Part shown: piece after piece, positions 18,880 to 29,259 of the stretch
Numbering within the stretch: the first letter of the stretch is position 1
Layout: each line of letters begins with the position of its first letter
DNA from: Synechococcus sp.
GTDB lineage: Bacteria; Cyanobacteriota; Cyanobacteriia; PCC-6307; Cyanobiaceae
Direction: 5' to 3'
Length of the DNA stretch: 64,000 nucleotides
NCBI GenBank assembly: GCA_047285535.1
Contig: JBJBDC010000001.1
Coordinates: 1,120,136 to 1,184,135, forward strand
Translations under genes and position numbers: made by a program
Notes under the pieces: model-generated
What the model saw: the letters and a program-made list of their open reading frames with translations, nothing else
Told to the model about the DNA's origin: nothing
Databases searched by the model: none

Positions 18880-19811
18880 GTACCGCTACTCCAAAGAAGG
18901 GACCAAGCATCGGTGCGATTGTGATCATCACAATGGCCATTGCGATCAATTTGGCCATTTCCAAACTGATGGCGAACTGGTCTCTTAGTTGGTTTCCACC
19001 CCAAGCCTCGAGTGCAGCTCCTTACGTCGACAACCTATTCGCACTGGAGACGGGGATCGGCTCATTCATTTTTTTTGGTTGCACCGGCTTTATGGGCTGG
19101 GTGTTGTTGTTCAACAGGGCTGGCAAGTATGACGAAAGCGATGGGGCCCCGATCGAGGGAAATACCAAATTAGAAATCACCTGGACGATCATTCCCCTGG
19201 TGACAGTCTTTCTGATCGCCACGTATTCGATGAACGTCAATATGAAGCTTCAAACTCTCGGACCGAAGCACAAATACGCCATCGGATCTGATCCGACAGT
19301 CCTAATGGAGGCAGACCCCATTGCTGATGTAGGCCCAATTAATGTTATTGCCCGCCAGTGGAGCTGGGAATTCATCTATCCCAACGGAGTTCGGAGCTCA
19401 GAGCTACATCTCCCGATTGATCAACGTGCGAATTTCCACATGATCTCGGAGGACGTTCTGCATAGTTTCTTTGTGCCGGCCTTCCGGCTCAAACAAGACA
19501 TCATCCCTGGGAGCATCATTTCTTACAGCCTCACTCCCACGAAGGAAGGACGATTTCGACTTCGGGACGCCATGTTCAGCGGCGCTTATTTCTCACAGAA
19601 CCAGACCGACGTGATTGTCGAAACCGAGCAGGCTTTCGCCGAATGGTTAAAGACAACAGCACAACAGCCACTGCAACAGGGTCTTGATCCAAGTCGTGCT
19701 CTCTATGACCGCCGCATCGCACGCGGTGACAAGGGCTGGGCCACGGTACCGCCAGCTCCCGCACCGATGGTGAACGACCCCGGTGATCCCTCCATTCCTC
19801 ACGACGCCTGA
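18876..19811 (+). CDS. ctaC: Heme-copper oxidase subunit II, CuA-less (ARTO type)
   Basis: Motifs LEITWTIIP, ARQWSWEF and DVLHSFFVP. The CuA ligand segment (CxExCGxxHxxM) is replaced by DAMFSGAYFSQN. Confidence 0.92.
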   Translation: MSTATPKKGPSIGAIVIITMAIAINLAISKLMANWSLSWFPPQASSAAPYVDNLFALETGIGSFIFFGCTGFMGWVLLFNRAGKYDESDGAPIEGNTKLEITWTIIPLVTVFLIATYSMNVNMKLQTLGPKHKYAIGSDPTVLMEADPIADVGPINVIARQWSWEFIYPNGVRSSELHLPIDQRANFHMISEDVLHSFFVPAFRLKQDIIPGSIISYSLTPTKEGRFRLRDAMFSGAYFSQNQTDVIVETEQAFAEWLKTTAQQPLQQGLDPSRALYDRRIARGDKGWATVPPAPAPMVNDPGDPSIPHDA

Positions 19812-19819
19812 GACGTGCC

Positions 19820-21508
19820 ATGACAAGCAACACCTACGACCTCCGCATTCTCAAGGCACCCCATCCAGTTCCTGGAGCACCGGACAACTGGAAACGCTTC
19901 TTCAGTTTCAACACCGACGCAAAGGTGATTGGAATCCAATACATCGCTACAGCACTGTTCTTCCTTCTCGTGGGCGGACTCCTGGCCATGATCGTGAGGG
20001 GCGAATTGATCACGCCTCCCGCTGATCTTGTCGACCCAAGCGTCTACAACGGCCTCTACACCATGCACGGAACAGTGATGTTGTTCCTTTTTCTATTCCC
20101 AATCCTTAACGGCTTTAACAACCTATTGATTCCGACGATGATCGGGGCACCGGACATGGCATTTCCAAAGCTGAATGCCGCCGCGTTCTGGCTCGTGCCG
20201 GTGTTTTCAATCGTCTTAATGGGGAGCTTTTTCGCCCCCGGTGGACCCGCTTCATCGGGATGGTGGTCGTACCCACCAATGAGTCTGCAAAATCCACTCG
20301 GCCATTTCATCAATGGGGAGTTTCTATGGATCCTTGCAATAGCACTCTCCGGCATCTCCTCGATCATGGGTGCCATCAATTTCGTGACGACCATCATCCG
20401 GATGAGAGCTCCAGGGATGGGTTTCTTCCGAATGCCGATTTTCGTCTGGACTGCATGGGCAGCCCAGACCATCCAGTTGATAGGTCTACCCGCGCTCACT
20501 GGCGGAGCGGTCATGCTGTTGTTTGACCTCAGCTTCGGTACCAGCTTTTTCCGGCCGGAGGGTGGCGGTGATCCAGTTTTATTCCAGCATTTTTTCTGGT
20601 TCTATTCCCACCCTGCCGTTTACGTGCTGGTGCTTCCTGTGTTTGGCATTTTCTCAGAGCTCTTTCCCGTGTATTCGCGTAAGCCCCTTTTTGGCTATCG
20701 CTTTGTGGCAATCGCCTCCTTTGGAATCACCTTTCTCAGCCTGATTGTTTGGGCTCACCACATGTTTTACACAGGCACACCGAACTGGATGCGTCACATC
20801 TTCATGTTCACCACGATGCTCATTGCCATACCCACTGGAGTGAAGGTTTTCGCCTGGCTGGGAACACTCTGGGCAGGCAATTTGCGCTTGAGCACACCGA
20901 TGCTGTTCTGCATCGGAGGTCTGATCAACTTTATTTTTGCAGGCATTACTGGAGTGATGCTTGCCACAGTTCCAATTGATATTCATGTAGGCAACACCTA
21001 CTTTGTGGTAGCTCACTTCCACTATGTGATCTTCAACACCATTGTTTTTGGGGTTTTCGCTGGTATTTACCACTGGTTTCCAAAGTTCACTGGAAAGATG
21101 TATTACGAAGGTCTTGGGAAAGTCCATTTCGCACTCACATTCATCGGTGCCACACTCAACTGGCTTCCACTCCACTGGGCTGGGTTGCTGGGCATGCCCC
21201 GACGTGTTGCCTCCTATGACCCGGAATTCGCCATTTGGAACGTGATTGCAAGCATCGGCGCTTTCATGCTTGGCGTTGCCTCGATCCCCTTCATCCTGAA
21301 CATGGTGAGTTCCTGGGCTCGCGGACCCAAGGCTCCTCCCAACCCCTGGCGAGCAATCGGCCTGGAGTGGCTCCTTCCATCCCCACCTCCTGCCGAAAAC
21401 TTTGAAGACGATATTCCAACTGTGATTAGTGAGCCCTACGGCTACGGATTGGGGAAACCCTTAGTTGAGGACCAGGAATTCTATGTCCGCCGTTCCATGG
21501 AGGCCTAA
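19820..21508 (+). CDS. ctaD: Heme-copper oxidase subunit I (ARTO type)
   Basis: Heme/CuB ligand motifs TMHGT, WFYSHPAVY, VWAHHM and VAHFHYV. Confidence 0.96.
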   Translation: MTSNTYDLRILKAPHPVPGAPDNWKRFFSFNTDAKVIGIQYIATALFFLLVGGLLAMIVRGELITPPADLVDPSVYNGLYTMHGTVMLFLFLFPILNGFNNLLIPTMIGAPDMAFPKLNAAAFWLVPVFSIVLMGSFFAPGGPASSGWWSYPPMSLQNPLGHFINGEFLWILAIALSGISSIMGAINFVTTIIRMRAPGMGFFRMPIFVWTAWAAQTIQLIGLPALTGGAVMLLFDLSFGTSFFRPEGGGDPVLFQHFFWFYSHPAVYVLVLPVFGIFSELFPVYSRKPLFGYRFVAIASFGITFLSLIVWAHHMFYTGTPNWMRHIFMFTTMLIAIPTGVKVFAWLGTLWAGNLRLSTPMLFCIGGLINFIFAGITGVMLATVPIDIHVGNTYFVVAHFHYVIFNTIVFGVFAGIYHWFPKFTGKMYYEGLGKVHFALTFIGATLNWLPLHWAGLLGMPRRVASYDPEFAIWNVIASIGAFMLGVASIPFILNMVSSWARGPKAPPNPWRAIGLEWLLPSPPPAENFEDDIPTVISEPYGYGLGKPLVEDQEFYVRRSMEA

Positions 21509-21512
21509 TTCA

Positions 21513-22118
21513 ATGACAGCAACCAACAACGAATTCCCGATCAATCATCAACCCGGTCATATCCAACATGAAGGCCATAACCTCACAGGTTTTATCATTT
21601 TCCTGTGTTCAGAAAGCATCATTTTTCTTGCATTTTTTACAGGGTTTGCGCTCCTGAAAATCACAGCACCCGAATGGCTCCCCGAAGGAGTTGATGGGCT
21701 CGAAACACGCATGCCTTTGATCAACACGATTATTTTGGTGAGTTCAAGCTTTGTAGCCTATTTCGCAGAGCGTTATTTGCATCGAGAGAACCTATGGGGG
21801 TTTAGAGCTTTTTGGCTTCTCACGATGGCAATGGGCACGTACTTCGTTTACGGCCAATATGTCGAATGGTCTGAGCTTCAATTCAGTTTGAGCAGTGGAG
21901 TTTTTGGAGGAACGTTTTATCTCCTAACTGGGTTCCATGGATTACATGTCATCACAGGAATCTTGCTGATGGCGTTGATGTTGTTTCGCTCCTTCAAGCC
22001 AAACAATTATGCAAAAGGTGAAATGGGCGTGACGTCTGTAAGTCTTTTTTGGCATTTTGTAGACGTTATTTGGATCATCCTTTACCTGTTGATCTATGTC
22101 TGGCAACGTACCAGCTGA
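21513..22118 (+). CDS. ctaE: Heme-copper oxidase subunit III (ARTO type)
   Basis: Motifs FLCSESIIF, LTGFHGLHV and FWHFVDVIW. Confidence 0.95.
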   Translation: MTATNNEFPINHQPGHIQHEGHNLTGFIIFLCSESIIFLAFFTGFALLKITAPEWLPEGVDGLETRMPLINTIILVSSSFVAYFAERYLHRENLWGFRAFWLLTMAMGTYFVYGQYVEWSELQFSLSSGVFGGTFYLLTGFHGLHVITGILLMALMLFRSFKPNNYAKGEMGVTSVSLFWHFVDVIWIILYLLIYVWQRTS

Positions 22119-22157
22119 TCAATCTGAATTTTTAGATCTGCTGTCATTCCTCCAATC

Positions 22158-23675
22158 ATGATCATCGACGACCGCAACTACGACGTCATCATTATCGGCA
22201 GCGGTGCCGGTGGGGGCACCCTTGCAGGTGCCCTGAGTCGGAAAGGTCATTCCGTTCTCATGCTTGAGCGAGGAGGGGCCATGGCCCTCGAAGATCAAAA
22301 TGTTGCAGATGTGGACTTATTTCGCAAAGATCGTTATCACCCAAAGAATGAACGCTGGTTTGGGCCTGACGGGGATCCGTTTGCTCCACAAACCAATTAC
22401 TCCCTTGGTGGCAACACCAAAATCTGGGGCGCAGTGTTGGAGCGCATGCGCGAAGAGGATTTCAATGAATTACCTCTTCAAGAAGGCGTTTCCCCTGCTT
22501 GGCCGATTCTTTACGACCAGCTAGCTCCTTATTACACCGCAGCTGAAAAGCTATACAGAGTTCACGGTTGTTCGGGTATCGACCCCACCGAACCAGCCCG
22601 GTCTACTCCTTTTGAGTATGAACCAAAACCGCTGGTTTCTTTTCTTGAGCCACTGCGTGAAGCACTCAAACGTCAAGGATGTCAGCCGTATGACTTGCCT
22701 TTGAGCTGGTCCAACAGCACAGAAGACCCAAGTGGTGATTCACAGCTGTACGGCATCGACAATGCCGATCACTCCAAACTCACAATCAAAACTCAATCAA
22801 AAGTCACGCGATTACATGTCAATCCACTCGGACGCTCTGTAAAAGGTGTTGAAGCTGATGTTGCTGGAGAAACTTGGCTGTTCACTGCAGACTTGATCGT
22901 GCTTGCCGCCGGCGCCATTAATACTCCTGCCATTCTGTTGAGGTCCATCTCGAACCATCATCCCCGCGGCCTAGGCAATAAATCTGATCAGGTTGGTCGC
23001 AACTTGATGAATCTCCAACTCACCTCAATTCTGCAGCGGGCGACCGAACGAAACGACGGTAGCTATGCACGATCGCTTGGAATTAATGACTACTACTGGG
23101 GAGATAAAAACGTCTCTTTCCCTCTTGGCCACATTCAAACCGCAGGAGGAGTTTTACAGGATGCCCTATTTGCAGAATCGCCACCAGTCCTTTCCCTTGT
23201 CACCAAAATGATTCCAGATGTTGGGCTGGAGCGACTGGCATCTCGATCGGTAGCTTGGTGGGCCATGACCGAAGTCTTACCAGACCCACAGAACAAGGTT
23301 TGGCTGAACAACGATCAAATCCGAATCAACTACATCCACAACAACCGCGAAGCCCATGATCGACTGGTTTACCGCTGGATTGACACGCTCAAGGCCATCG
23401 AAGCAGACCCTCTCACTCGGGTCGTGAGCACGGCACCCACCCACCCTCGGGGGGAAGCTCCCTTAAGTGCGGTTGGGTATGCGTGCGGCACATGCTGTAT
23501 GGGAACCGATCCAGCAGCTTCTGTAGTCGACCTCTCCGGGAAATGTCATGAGCTCGACAACCTATATGTCGCCGATACCAGCGTATTCCCGAGTTGTCCA
23601 AGCGTTGGGCCAGGTCTGACAACCATCGCCTTATCGCTCCGGCTAGCTGAAACCCTCAGTGAACGCATCACCTGA
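22158..23675 (+). CDS. GMC family oxidoreductase paralogue with degenerate active site
   Basis: Retains IIGSGAGGG, SDQVGRN and LDNLYVADTS. The catalytic His position reads GYACGT, the Asn position reads VGPGLT, and the Cys cluster is absent. Confidence 0.88.
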   Translation: MIIDDRNYDVIIIGSGAGGGTLAGALSRKGHSVLMLERGGAMALEDQNVADVDLFRKDRYHPKNERWFGPDGDPFAPQTNYSLGGNTKIWGAVLERMREEDFNELPLQEGVSPAWPILYDQLAPYYTAAEKLYRVHGCSGIDPTEPARSTPFEYEPKPLVSFLEPLREALKRQGCQPYDLPLSWSNSTEDPSGDSQLYGIDNADHSKLTIKTQSKVTRLHVNPLGRSVKGVEADVAGETWLFTADLIVLAAGAINTPAILLRSISNHHPRGLGNKSDQVGRNLMNLQLTSILQRATERNDGSYARSLGINDYYWGDKNVSFPLGHIQTAGGVLQDALFAESPPVLSLVTKMIPDVGLERLASRSVAWWAMTEVLPDPQNKVWLNNDQIRINYIHNNREAHDRLVYRWIDTLKAIEADPLTRVVSTAPTHPRGEAPLSAVGYACGTCCMGTDPAASVVDLSGKCHELDNLYVADTSVFPSCPSVGPGLTTIALSLRLAETLSERIT

Positions 23676-23693
23676 CCCAACCCTTTTCAACGA

Positions 23694-25055
23694 TCAAATC
23701 ATCGTCACAAATTCTTCTGAAATTGTTGGATGCAAAGCCATCGTGCGATCGAAATCAGCCTTGGTCGCGCCCATGCCTACGGCAATAGCAGCCATCTGGA
23801 TAATTTCGGCCGCATGCTCTCCAACCATGTGACAACCGAGAACTTTCTCACTACTGGACTCCAACACCAGCTTCAACAAACAGCGAGGTCCACGCTTAGG
23901 TAAAGCCTGAGACAAAGACCTAAAACGCGCACGACGGATCACAACTTGATCCGCTCCAAACTTGGCGGTGGCGTCTTCCTCTGATAAGCCAACAGTAGCT
24001 AGCTCTGGCTGACTAAACACAGCACTGGCCACCAAGGAATAGTCGACCTGCCGCGGCATACCTCCAAACACACTATCGGCGAAAGCACGCCCTTCATCCA
24101 CAGCAACAGGAGTCAAGCAAATGCGTTGAGTTACATCTCCAACAGCAAAAACATGCGGAATATTAGTGGTTTGATCGGCATCAACTGGTATACGACGACC
24201 ATCAACCAATACTCCAGCAGCATCAAGACCAAGGCCGGAAAGAAATGGTTGCCGACCAGTTGCCAGCAGAACCCCTCCACAGGGAAACCGGTCACCGCTC
24301 TGGGTGACCACCGTCAAATCGTGAGGTTGTCCCTCAATTGCGGCGAGGCTTTGTCCAAAGCGAAGATCGACACCCTTCTCTCTCATCCCTTCCTGCACCA
24401 CTCCTGAGAGTTCGGTATCAAAGCCCCGTAAAAGCCCTTCCCGTCGGACCAACTGCGTTACCCCCACACCAAGCCCTCGCAAAATGCCAGCAAACTCACA
24501 CGCAATGAATCCGGCTCCTACTACGACTACCTCGTCCGGAAAACGCTCTTGTAAAAACATGTTGTCACTGACCCAAGCAAGTTCAGAGCCTGGGAGCTCC
24601 GGCTGAACAGGTCGACCACCCACCGCAATCAAGACCCGTTTTGCATGCAGCACCTCGTTAATCTCGCCGTCGCGCGCCTTCGACACACCAATGCGATGAG
24701 AGTCGAGAAAACGCCCCCACCCTGCGATGAGTTCTACGCCCGCTTTTGCCAACAACTCGATGTGCAGTGCATTCAGACGATCAACCTCATGCCGAACGTT
24801 ACGCAAGAGCACCGAAGTATCAAACCTTGCCCCCTCAATGCTCACTCCATAGCTTGATGCCCCCTCCAGCTGCTCGGAGAGAAGAGAGCCGTAGACCAGC
24901 AGCTTCTTTGGAACGCAACCACGGATGACACAAGTACCTCCAACTCGATCCCCTTCAACAATCGCAACCTTGGCTCCGTAACTAGCAGCACGTTTGGCAG
25001 CAGCCAGGCCTCCAGAACCAGCACCGAGAACAACAAGATCAAAGCTTCGTTCCAT
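23694..25055 (-). CDS. gor: Glutathione reductase
   Basis: Motifs GAGSGG, GGTCVIRGCVPKK, GAGFIACE and HPTISEEFVT. Confidence 0.96.
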   Translation of the reverse strand: MERSFDLVVLGAGSGGLAAAKRAASYGAKVAIVEGDRVGGTCVIRGCVPKKLLVYGSLLSEQLEGASSYGVSIEGARFDTSVLLRNVRHEVDRLNALHIELLAKAGVELIAGWGRFLDSHRIGVSKARDGEINEVLHAKRVLIAVGGRPVQPELPGSELAWVSDNMFLQERFPDEVVVVGAGFIACEFAGILRGLGVGVTQLVRREGLLRGFDTELSGVVQEGMREKGVDLRFGQSLAAIEGQPHDLTVVTQSGDRFPCGGVLLATGRQPFLSGLGLDAAGVLVDGRRIPVDADQTTNIPHVFAVGDVTQRICLTPVAVDEGRAFADSVFGGMPRQVDYSLVASAVFSQPELATVGLSEEDATAKFGADQVVIRRARFRSLSQALPKRGPRCLLKLVLESSSEKVLGCHMVGEHAAEIIQMAAIAVGMGATKADFDRTMALHPTISEEFVTMI

Positions 25056-25392
25056 GGAGACCACTGTTTCCTCACATCATGCCCACAGCTTTCGGTCGCA
25101 GTCATGGGTTGATAGGCCGAACAAGCTTTACTCAAATGTTTTTGACCATTGGATCTCTGCACAGCCCTCGTGCTAACTGGTCGTGAGAGGAAAAATCAAC
25201 AACCAAATCCAAAACAGCTCAATCTCTTTTCTGCTCATCCGTCGAGCGAATCCAGATAAAAAGATGTTTGCCGAGTCAATTCACAACAAAGCCTCGGCAT
25301 AGTGGAACGTATGCAGCGTTGAGAACTGTCCTCTGCATCTCCCCGAATACGCCCCTATCCCTGATCACACCAAAGGTTTCAAACTTTTTGAG

Positions 25393-25986
25393 GTGAACGT
25401 TGCCGAGCTTCAACCCACACAGATGTGTGTCGGAATGGCTGAAGTCAGAAATCGGCAACGCGATTTCCGTTTGGAAAGCCCAGAGGAACAACGGCGTTAT
25501 CTAAAACGCAAACCAGTTCCTTTGGTTCGCAATCGTATTGGAAAACTTTGGATGGTAGATCGACATCACCGCCTTCGAGCATTGCTCGAGATCGATTCAG
25601 TGGTCACCACGTATGGCTACGTGATCCAGGATCTAAGTAGCAAGACCAGGGAGGAAGCACTCCATGCCCTGCAAAAGCGAGGCTGGTTGTACCTTCACGA
25701 CGGAAGAGGCAATGGCCCGTGGCCAGCCCGAGATCTTCCCCTCACATTGCTTGATCTTCATGATGATCCTTACCGCAGTCTGGTTTGGAAACTGAAACAG
25801 GAGGGAGTGATCACCCCACAGCCCTTGATTCCGTATCACGAATTTCGCTGGGGACTCTGGTTGAGAACTCGACCGATGCCTCCATTCAGCTCAAAGCATC
25901 TGGAGCCAGCCTTGCCAGCTGCTCGCAGACTGGCTCGTTCATCAGCGGCATCCCACCTAGCAGGCTGGAAAGGGAGCGATCACTAA
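25393..25986 (+). CDS. ParB-like nuclease domain protein (ParBc_2 type)
   Basis: Motifs [34 protein letters not shown] and PYHEFRWG. Confidence 0.8.
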   Translation: MNVAELQPTQMCVGMAEVRNRQRDFRLESPEEQRRYLKRKPVPLVRNRIGKLWMVDRHHRLRALLEIDSVVTTYGYVIQDLSSKTREEALHALQKRGWLYLHDGRGNGPWPARDLPLTLLDLHDDPYRSLVWKLKQEGVITPQPLIPYHEFRWGLWLRTRPMPPFSSKHLEPALPAARRLARSSAASHLAGWKGSDH

Positions 25987-27377
25987 CGGCGACGGCGAGA
26001 ATCAATCTGCAAGAGATCCTTGACCCTCTGTACCTGGCTAGCTAGTTGAGGATCGGTCGCCAGCTTCTTCTCAACCTGTTCAATGGCATACATCACTGTG
26101 GTGTGATCCTTACCTCCGAAGGTGTCCCCAATTCTCGGTAAGCTCAGATCAGTGCCTTGCCGCATCAGAAACATCCCCACCTGACGAGCCTGGCTCACCG
26201 CCCGGCGACGGCTACTACTCAACATGTCATCGGCCGTTACATCGAACACCTCTGAAACCTTGTCAATGACTTGCTGAGGCGTGACAGCAACCCCCTGACC
26301 ACTTGGATCCAGCATCGGCGCCACCGACTCGACGGTCATAGGCATTCCTGTGATCGAAGAAAACGCAACAGCACGAGTGAGCGCTCCCTCAAGCTCCCGA
26401 ATATTGGATGTAAAGCGGCCAGAGATGTATTGGATCAAGTCACGGGGAAGTGCCACTCGCTCCTGCTCGGCTTTTTTTTGGAGAATTGCCATACGAGTTT
26501 CCAGATCAGGTGCCTGGATATCTGCAATTAATCCCATCGAGAATCGAGAAATCAATCGCTCTTGCAGACGAGGTATCTGGCTAGGAGGCCTGTCGCTAGC
26601 AATCACAATTTGCCGACCTGCTTCATGCAAAGAGTTGAACGTATGAAAAAACTCCTCCTGGGTGTATTCCTTACCTTCAATGAACTGAATGTCATCAACC
26701 AAAATAACATCTGCATCCCGATATCGATCTCTGAAGGCCTGCATTCCGTCCTTCCGAATTGCATTAATCAAATCATTAGTAAACGTTTCAGTCGATACAT
26801 AAAAGACACGAGCGTCTGGATCAATCTCCAGGCGGTAGTGACCGATCGCCTGCATGAGGTGAGTCTTACCAAGTCCCACCCCACCACAGATGAACAAAGG
26901 ATTGAATTCACGCCCTGGAGCTTCGGCCACTGCTAGAGCGGCCGCATGGGCCATTCTGCTGTTGGGTCCAACGACAAAACGGTTGAACACATAGCGCATG
27001 TTCAGACCAGGAAGACGTCGAGGAGTCATGTTGGGTGCCGCAGTTGATGCAGCAGAAACAGTGGGTACCTCCGGCTGACCGGAAGATGACACACGCGCAT
27101 CGAGAGCGGAAACAGAACCCACTTCTTCATCGTCCTTAGCAAGAACGATCACATCAATCGCATGACCGGTAATTTCCTCAGCAACATCAGCAATGGTGCT
27201 GACGTAATTCTTGCGCAGCCAGTTGCTGGCGAAACTGTTTGGAGCCTGCAATGTGAGAGTCCGATCCTGGAAGGAACTACAGCAGGCAGGGCGAATCCAC
27301 GTTTCAAACGTTGGTTTACTGAGGTTGCTCTGAAGGGCTTGCTGCACCTTTTCCCACAGCTCACTGCCCTTCAGCAC
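25983..27377 (-). CDS. dnaA: Chromosomal replication initiator DnaA
   Basis: Motifs [33 protein letters not shown] and [11 protein letters not shown]. Confidence 0.99.
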   Translation of the reverse strand: MLKGSELWEKVQQALQSNLSKPTFETWIRPACCSSFQDRTLTLQAPNSFASNWLRKNYVSTIADVAEEITGHAIDVIVLAKDDEEVGSVSALDARVSSSGQPEVPTVSAASTAAPNMTPRRLPGLNMRYVFNRFVVGPNSRMAHAAALAVAEAPGREFNPLFICGGVGLGKTHLMQAIGHYRLEIDPDARVFYVSTETFTNDLINAIRKDGMQAFRDRYRDADVILVDDIQFIEGKEYTQEEFFHTFNSLHEAGRQIVIASDRPPSQIPRLQERLISRFSMGLIADIQAPDLETRMAILQKKAEQERVALPRDLIQYISGRFTSNIRELEGALTRAVAFSSITGMPMTVESVAPMLDPSGQGVAVTPQQVIDKVSEVFDVTADDMLSSSRRRAVSQARQVGMFLMRQGTDLSLPRIGDTFGGKDHTTVMYAIEQVEKKLATDPQLASQVQRVKDLLQIDSRRRR

Positions 27378-27466
27378 CAGAATCCTCCTCTTGCGAATGC
27401 CGAATCTACGCGCCTTATGGCGCCCCTTCGGTCTTTAATGAAACCTGTTCAAACAAGTTTCGGTTC

Positions 27467-28624
27467 ATGTCAGCTGCTGTTTCCCATGTCCTGGCACGAT
27501 CCCTGCCGTGGATCGGGATCGGCTTAGTCAGCTTGACCATGGGAGGGTGTGGGTCTTCCCTGCGGGAGCGCCTTGGATTGAAGCCTGAAGCAAAGGCGCC
27601 ATCCACCCTTCCCGAAGTGAGTGATGGACCGCTCTCAGCCCCTCTACAACCCGGTCGCAACGTCATCGTCCAAGCCGTAGAAAGGGTTGGACCCTCTGTC
27701 GTACGCATCGACACGGTGAAGAGAGTGACCAATCCACTTGGAAATCTGTTTGGAGGTGGGCCCTCGACCCAAAAGCAGCAAGGTCAAGGGTCAGGTTTTA
27801 TCACACGCTCTGACGGACTGATTTTCACGAATGCGCACGTCGTGGAAGGAGCTGACGAAGTGGACGTGGCCTTGCCTGACGGGCGCAGCTTCAGCGGGCG
27901 TGTTCTTGGCGGAGACCCCTTAACGGATGTTGCCGTGGTTCGCGTGGTGGCTGAAAAGTTGCCTATTGCTCCCCTTGGAAACTCAAACGACCTCAAACCA
28001 GGCGAATGGGCCATTGCAATCGGCAATCCCCTCGGTCTTAACAACACGGTTACCGCTGGCATCATCAGTGCCGTGGATCGAACCAATGCTGTAGGGGGAG
28101 GTCAACGGGTTCCGTACATTCAAACCGATGCTGCTGTCAATCCTGGCAACAGCGGTGGTCCCCTCATCAATGCAGCCGGACAAGTCATCGGCATCAATAC
28201 GGCGATTCGGCAAGCCCCTGGAGCCGGGCTGAGTTTTGCCATCCCCATCAACTTGGCCAAACGCATTGCCCAACAGATCATCAGCACAGGTCAGGCCTCC
28301 CACCCTTTCATTGGTGTACGCCTTCAGAGCCTGACGCCTCAATTGGCACGTGAAATCAACGCCACCAGCAACCTTTGCACTGTTCCAGAGCTCAATGGCG
28401 TTCTGGTCATTGAGGTCGTTGACAACAGCCCCGCGGACAAAGCAGGAATCAAACCTTGTGATTTGATCCGAGTCGTCAATGGCTCCATGGTCAAAGACCC
28501 CTCGCAAGTGCAACTTGCCGTTGACCGAGGGCAGGTCGGTCAAGCCATGCCCGTGGTGGTGGAACGAGACGGAGAACAACAGACACTAGAGGTGGTTCCT
28601 GAAGAGCTGCCCCGCCAAGGATGA
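27467..28624 (+). CDS. HtrA/Deg family serine protease with PDZ domain
   Basis: Motifs TNAHVV, DVAVV and IQTDAAVNPGNSGGPL, plus a C-terminal PDZ domain and an N-terminal lipobox-like MGGC. Confidence 0.95.
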   Translation: MSAAVSHVLARSLPWIGIGLVSLTMGGCGSSLRERLGLKPEAKAPSTLPEVSDGPLSAPLQPGRNVIVQAVERVGPSVVRIDTVKRVTNPLGNLFGGGPSTQKQQGQGSGFITRSDGLIFTNAHVVEGADEVDVALPDGRSFSGRVLGGDPLTDVAVVRVVAEKLPIAPLGNSNDLKPGEWAIAIGNPLGLNNTVTAGIISAVDRTNAVGGGQRVPYIQTDAAVNPGNSGGPLINAAGQVIGINTAIRQAPGAGLSFAIPINLAKRIAQQIISTGQASHPFIGVRLQSLTPQLAREINATSNLCTVPELNGVLVIEVVDNSPADKAGIKPCDLIRVVNGSMVKDPSQVQLAVDRGQVGQAMPVVVERDGEQQTLEVVPEELPRQG

Positions 28625-29259
28625 GGCATTCGCCCATCCCCACGCTGGTGGTAATGGCTCGCTGGCCCGCCAGCGGGCGTTGCAAGCGTCGCCTCGCTGC
28701 CGACATCGGGAATGAAGAAGCAGCCAACATCCAGCAACGCCTAGCCGCCCATACCTTTGCCGTAGCTGGAGCACTCACCAATCAGGGTGAAGTGGACTTA
28801 CAAGTAGCCATTAGTGGAGTCAGCCTCCAGTCAACTCGTCGTTGGCTGGATTACTTACCCCCATGCACCCTCGTAGATCAAGGGAAGGGGACCCTCGGTG
28901 CACGCATGCATCGCCAAATTCAGCGTGCACGCTTTAACCAACACAACAAACCCGTCATTTTGATTGGGACAGATCTTGCAGACCTAAGCGAAAGAGATCT
29001 GCGACTGGCCATCCATGCCATGCAACACCAACCTTTGGTGATCGGTCCATCAGAGGATGGCGGTTTCTGGTTGCTAGGGCTTGGCCATGCATTGAAGAAC
29101 CAACAGCTCGATGATCTTTTTCATGCCGTGCCATGGGGAAGCAACAAGGTTTTTGATCTGACATGCGATCGTGCCCAGGGGCTTGGACTCATGCTTGATC
29201 GACTCAGCATGAAAAACGACATCGATGTTCTGTCTGATCTCAATCCATGGCAGAGATGA
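28621..29259 (+). CDS. TIGR04282/DUF2064 family glycosyltransferase-like protein
   Basis: Motifs MARWPASGRCKRRL, QGKGTLGARM, ILIGTD, IGPSEDGGFWLLG and DIDVLSDL. Confidence 0.85.
   Translation: MRHSPIPTLVVMARWPASGRCKRRLAADIGNEEAANIQQRLAAHTFAVAGALTNQGEVDLQVAISGVSLQSTRRWLDYLPPCTLVDQGKGTLGARMHRQIQRARFNQHNKPVILIGTDLADLSERDLRLAIHAMQHQPLVIGPSEDGGFWLLGLGHALKNQQLDDLFHAVPWGSNKVFDLTCDRAQGLGLMLDRLSMKNDIDVLSDLNPWQR

Noticed and set aside
25065..27466. oriC or DnaA-box cluster near dnaA and the ParB-like gene
   Set aside because: No cluster of TT(A/T)TNCACA boxes was seen in the flanking intergenic DNA. A dnaA gene separate from dnaN is normal in cyanobacteria.
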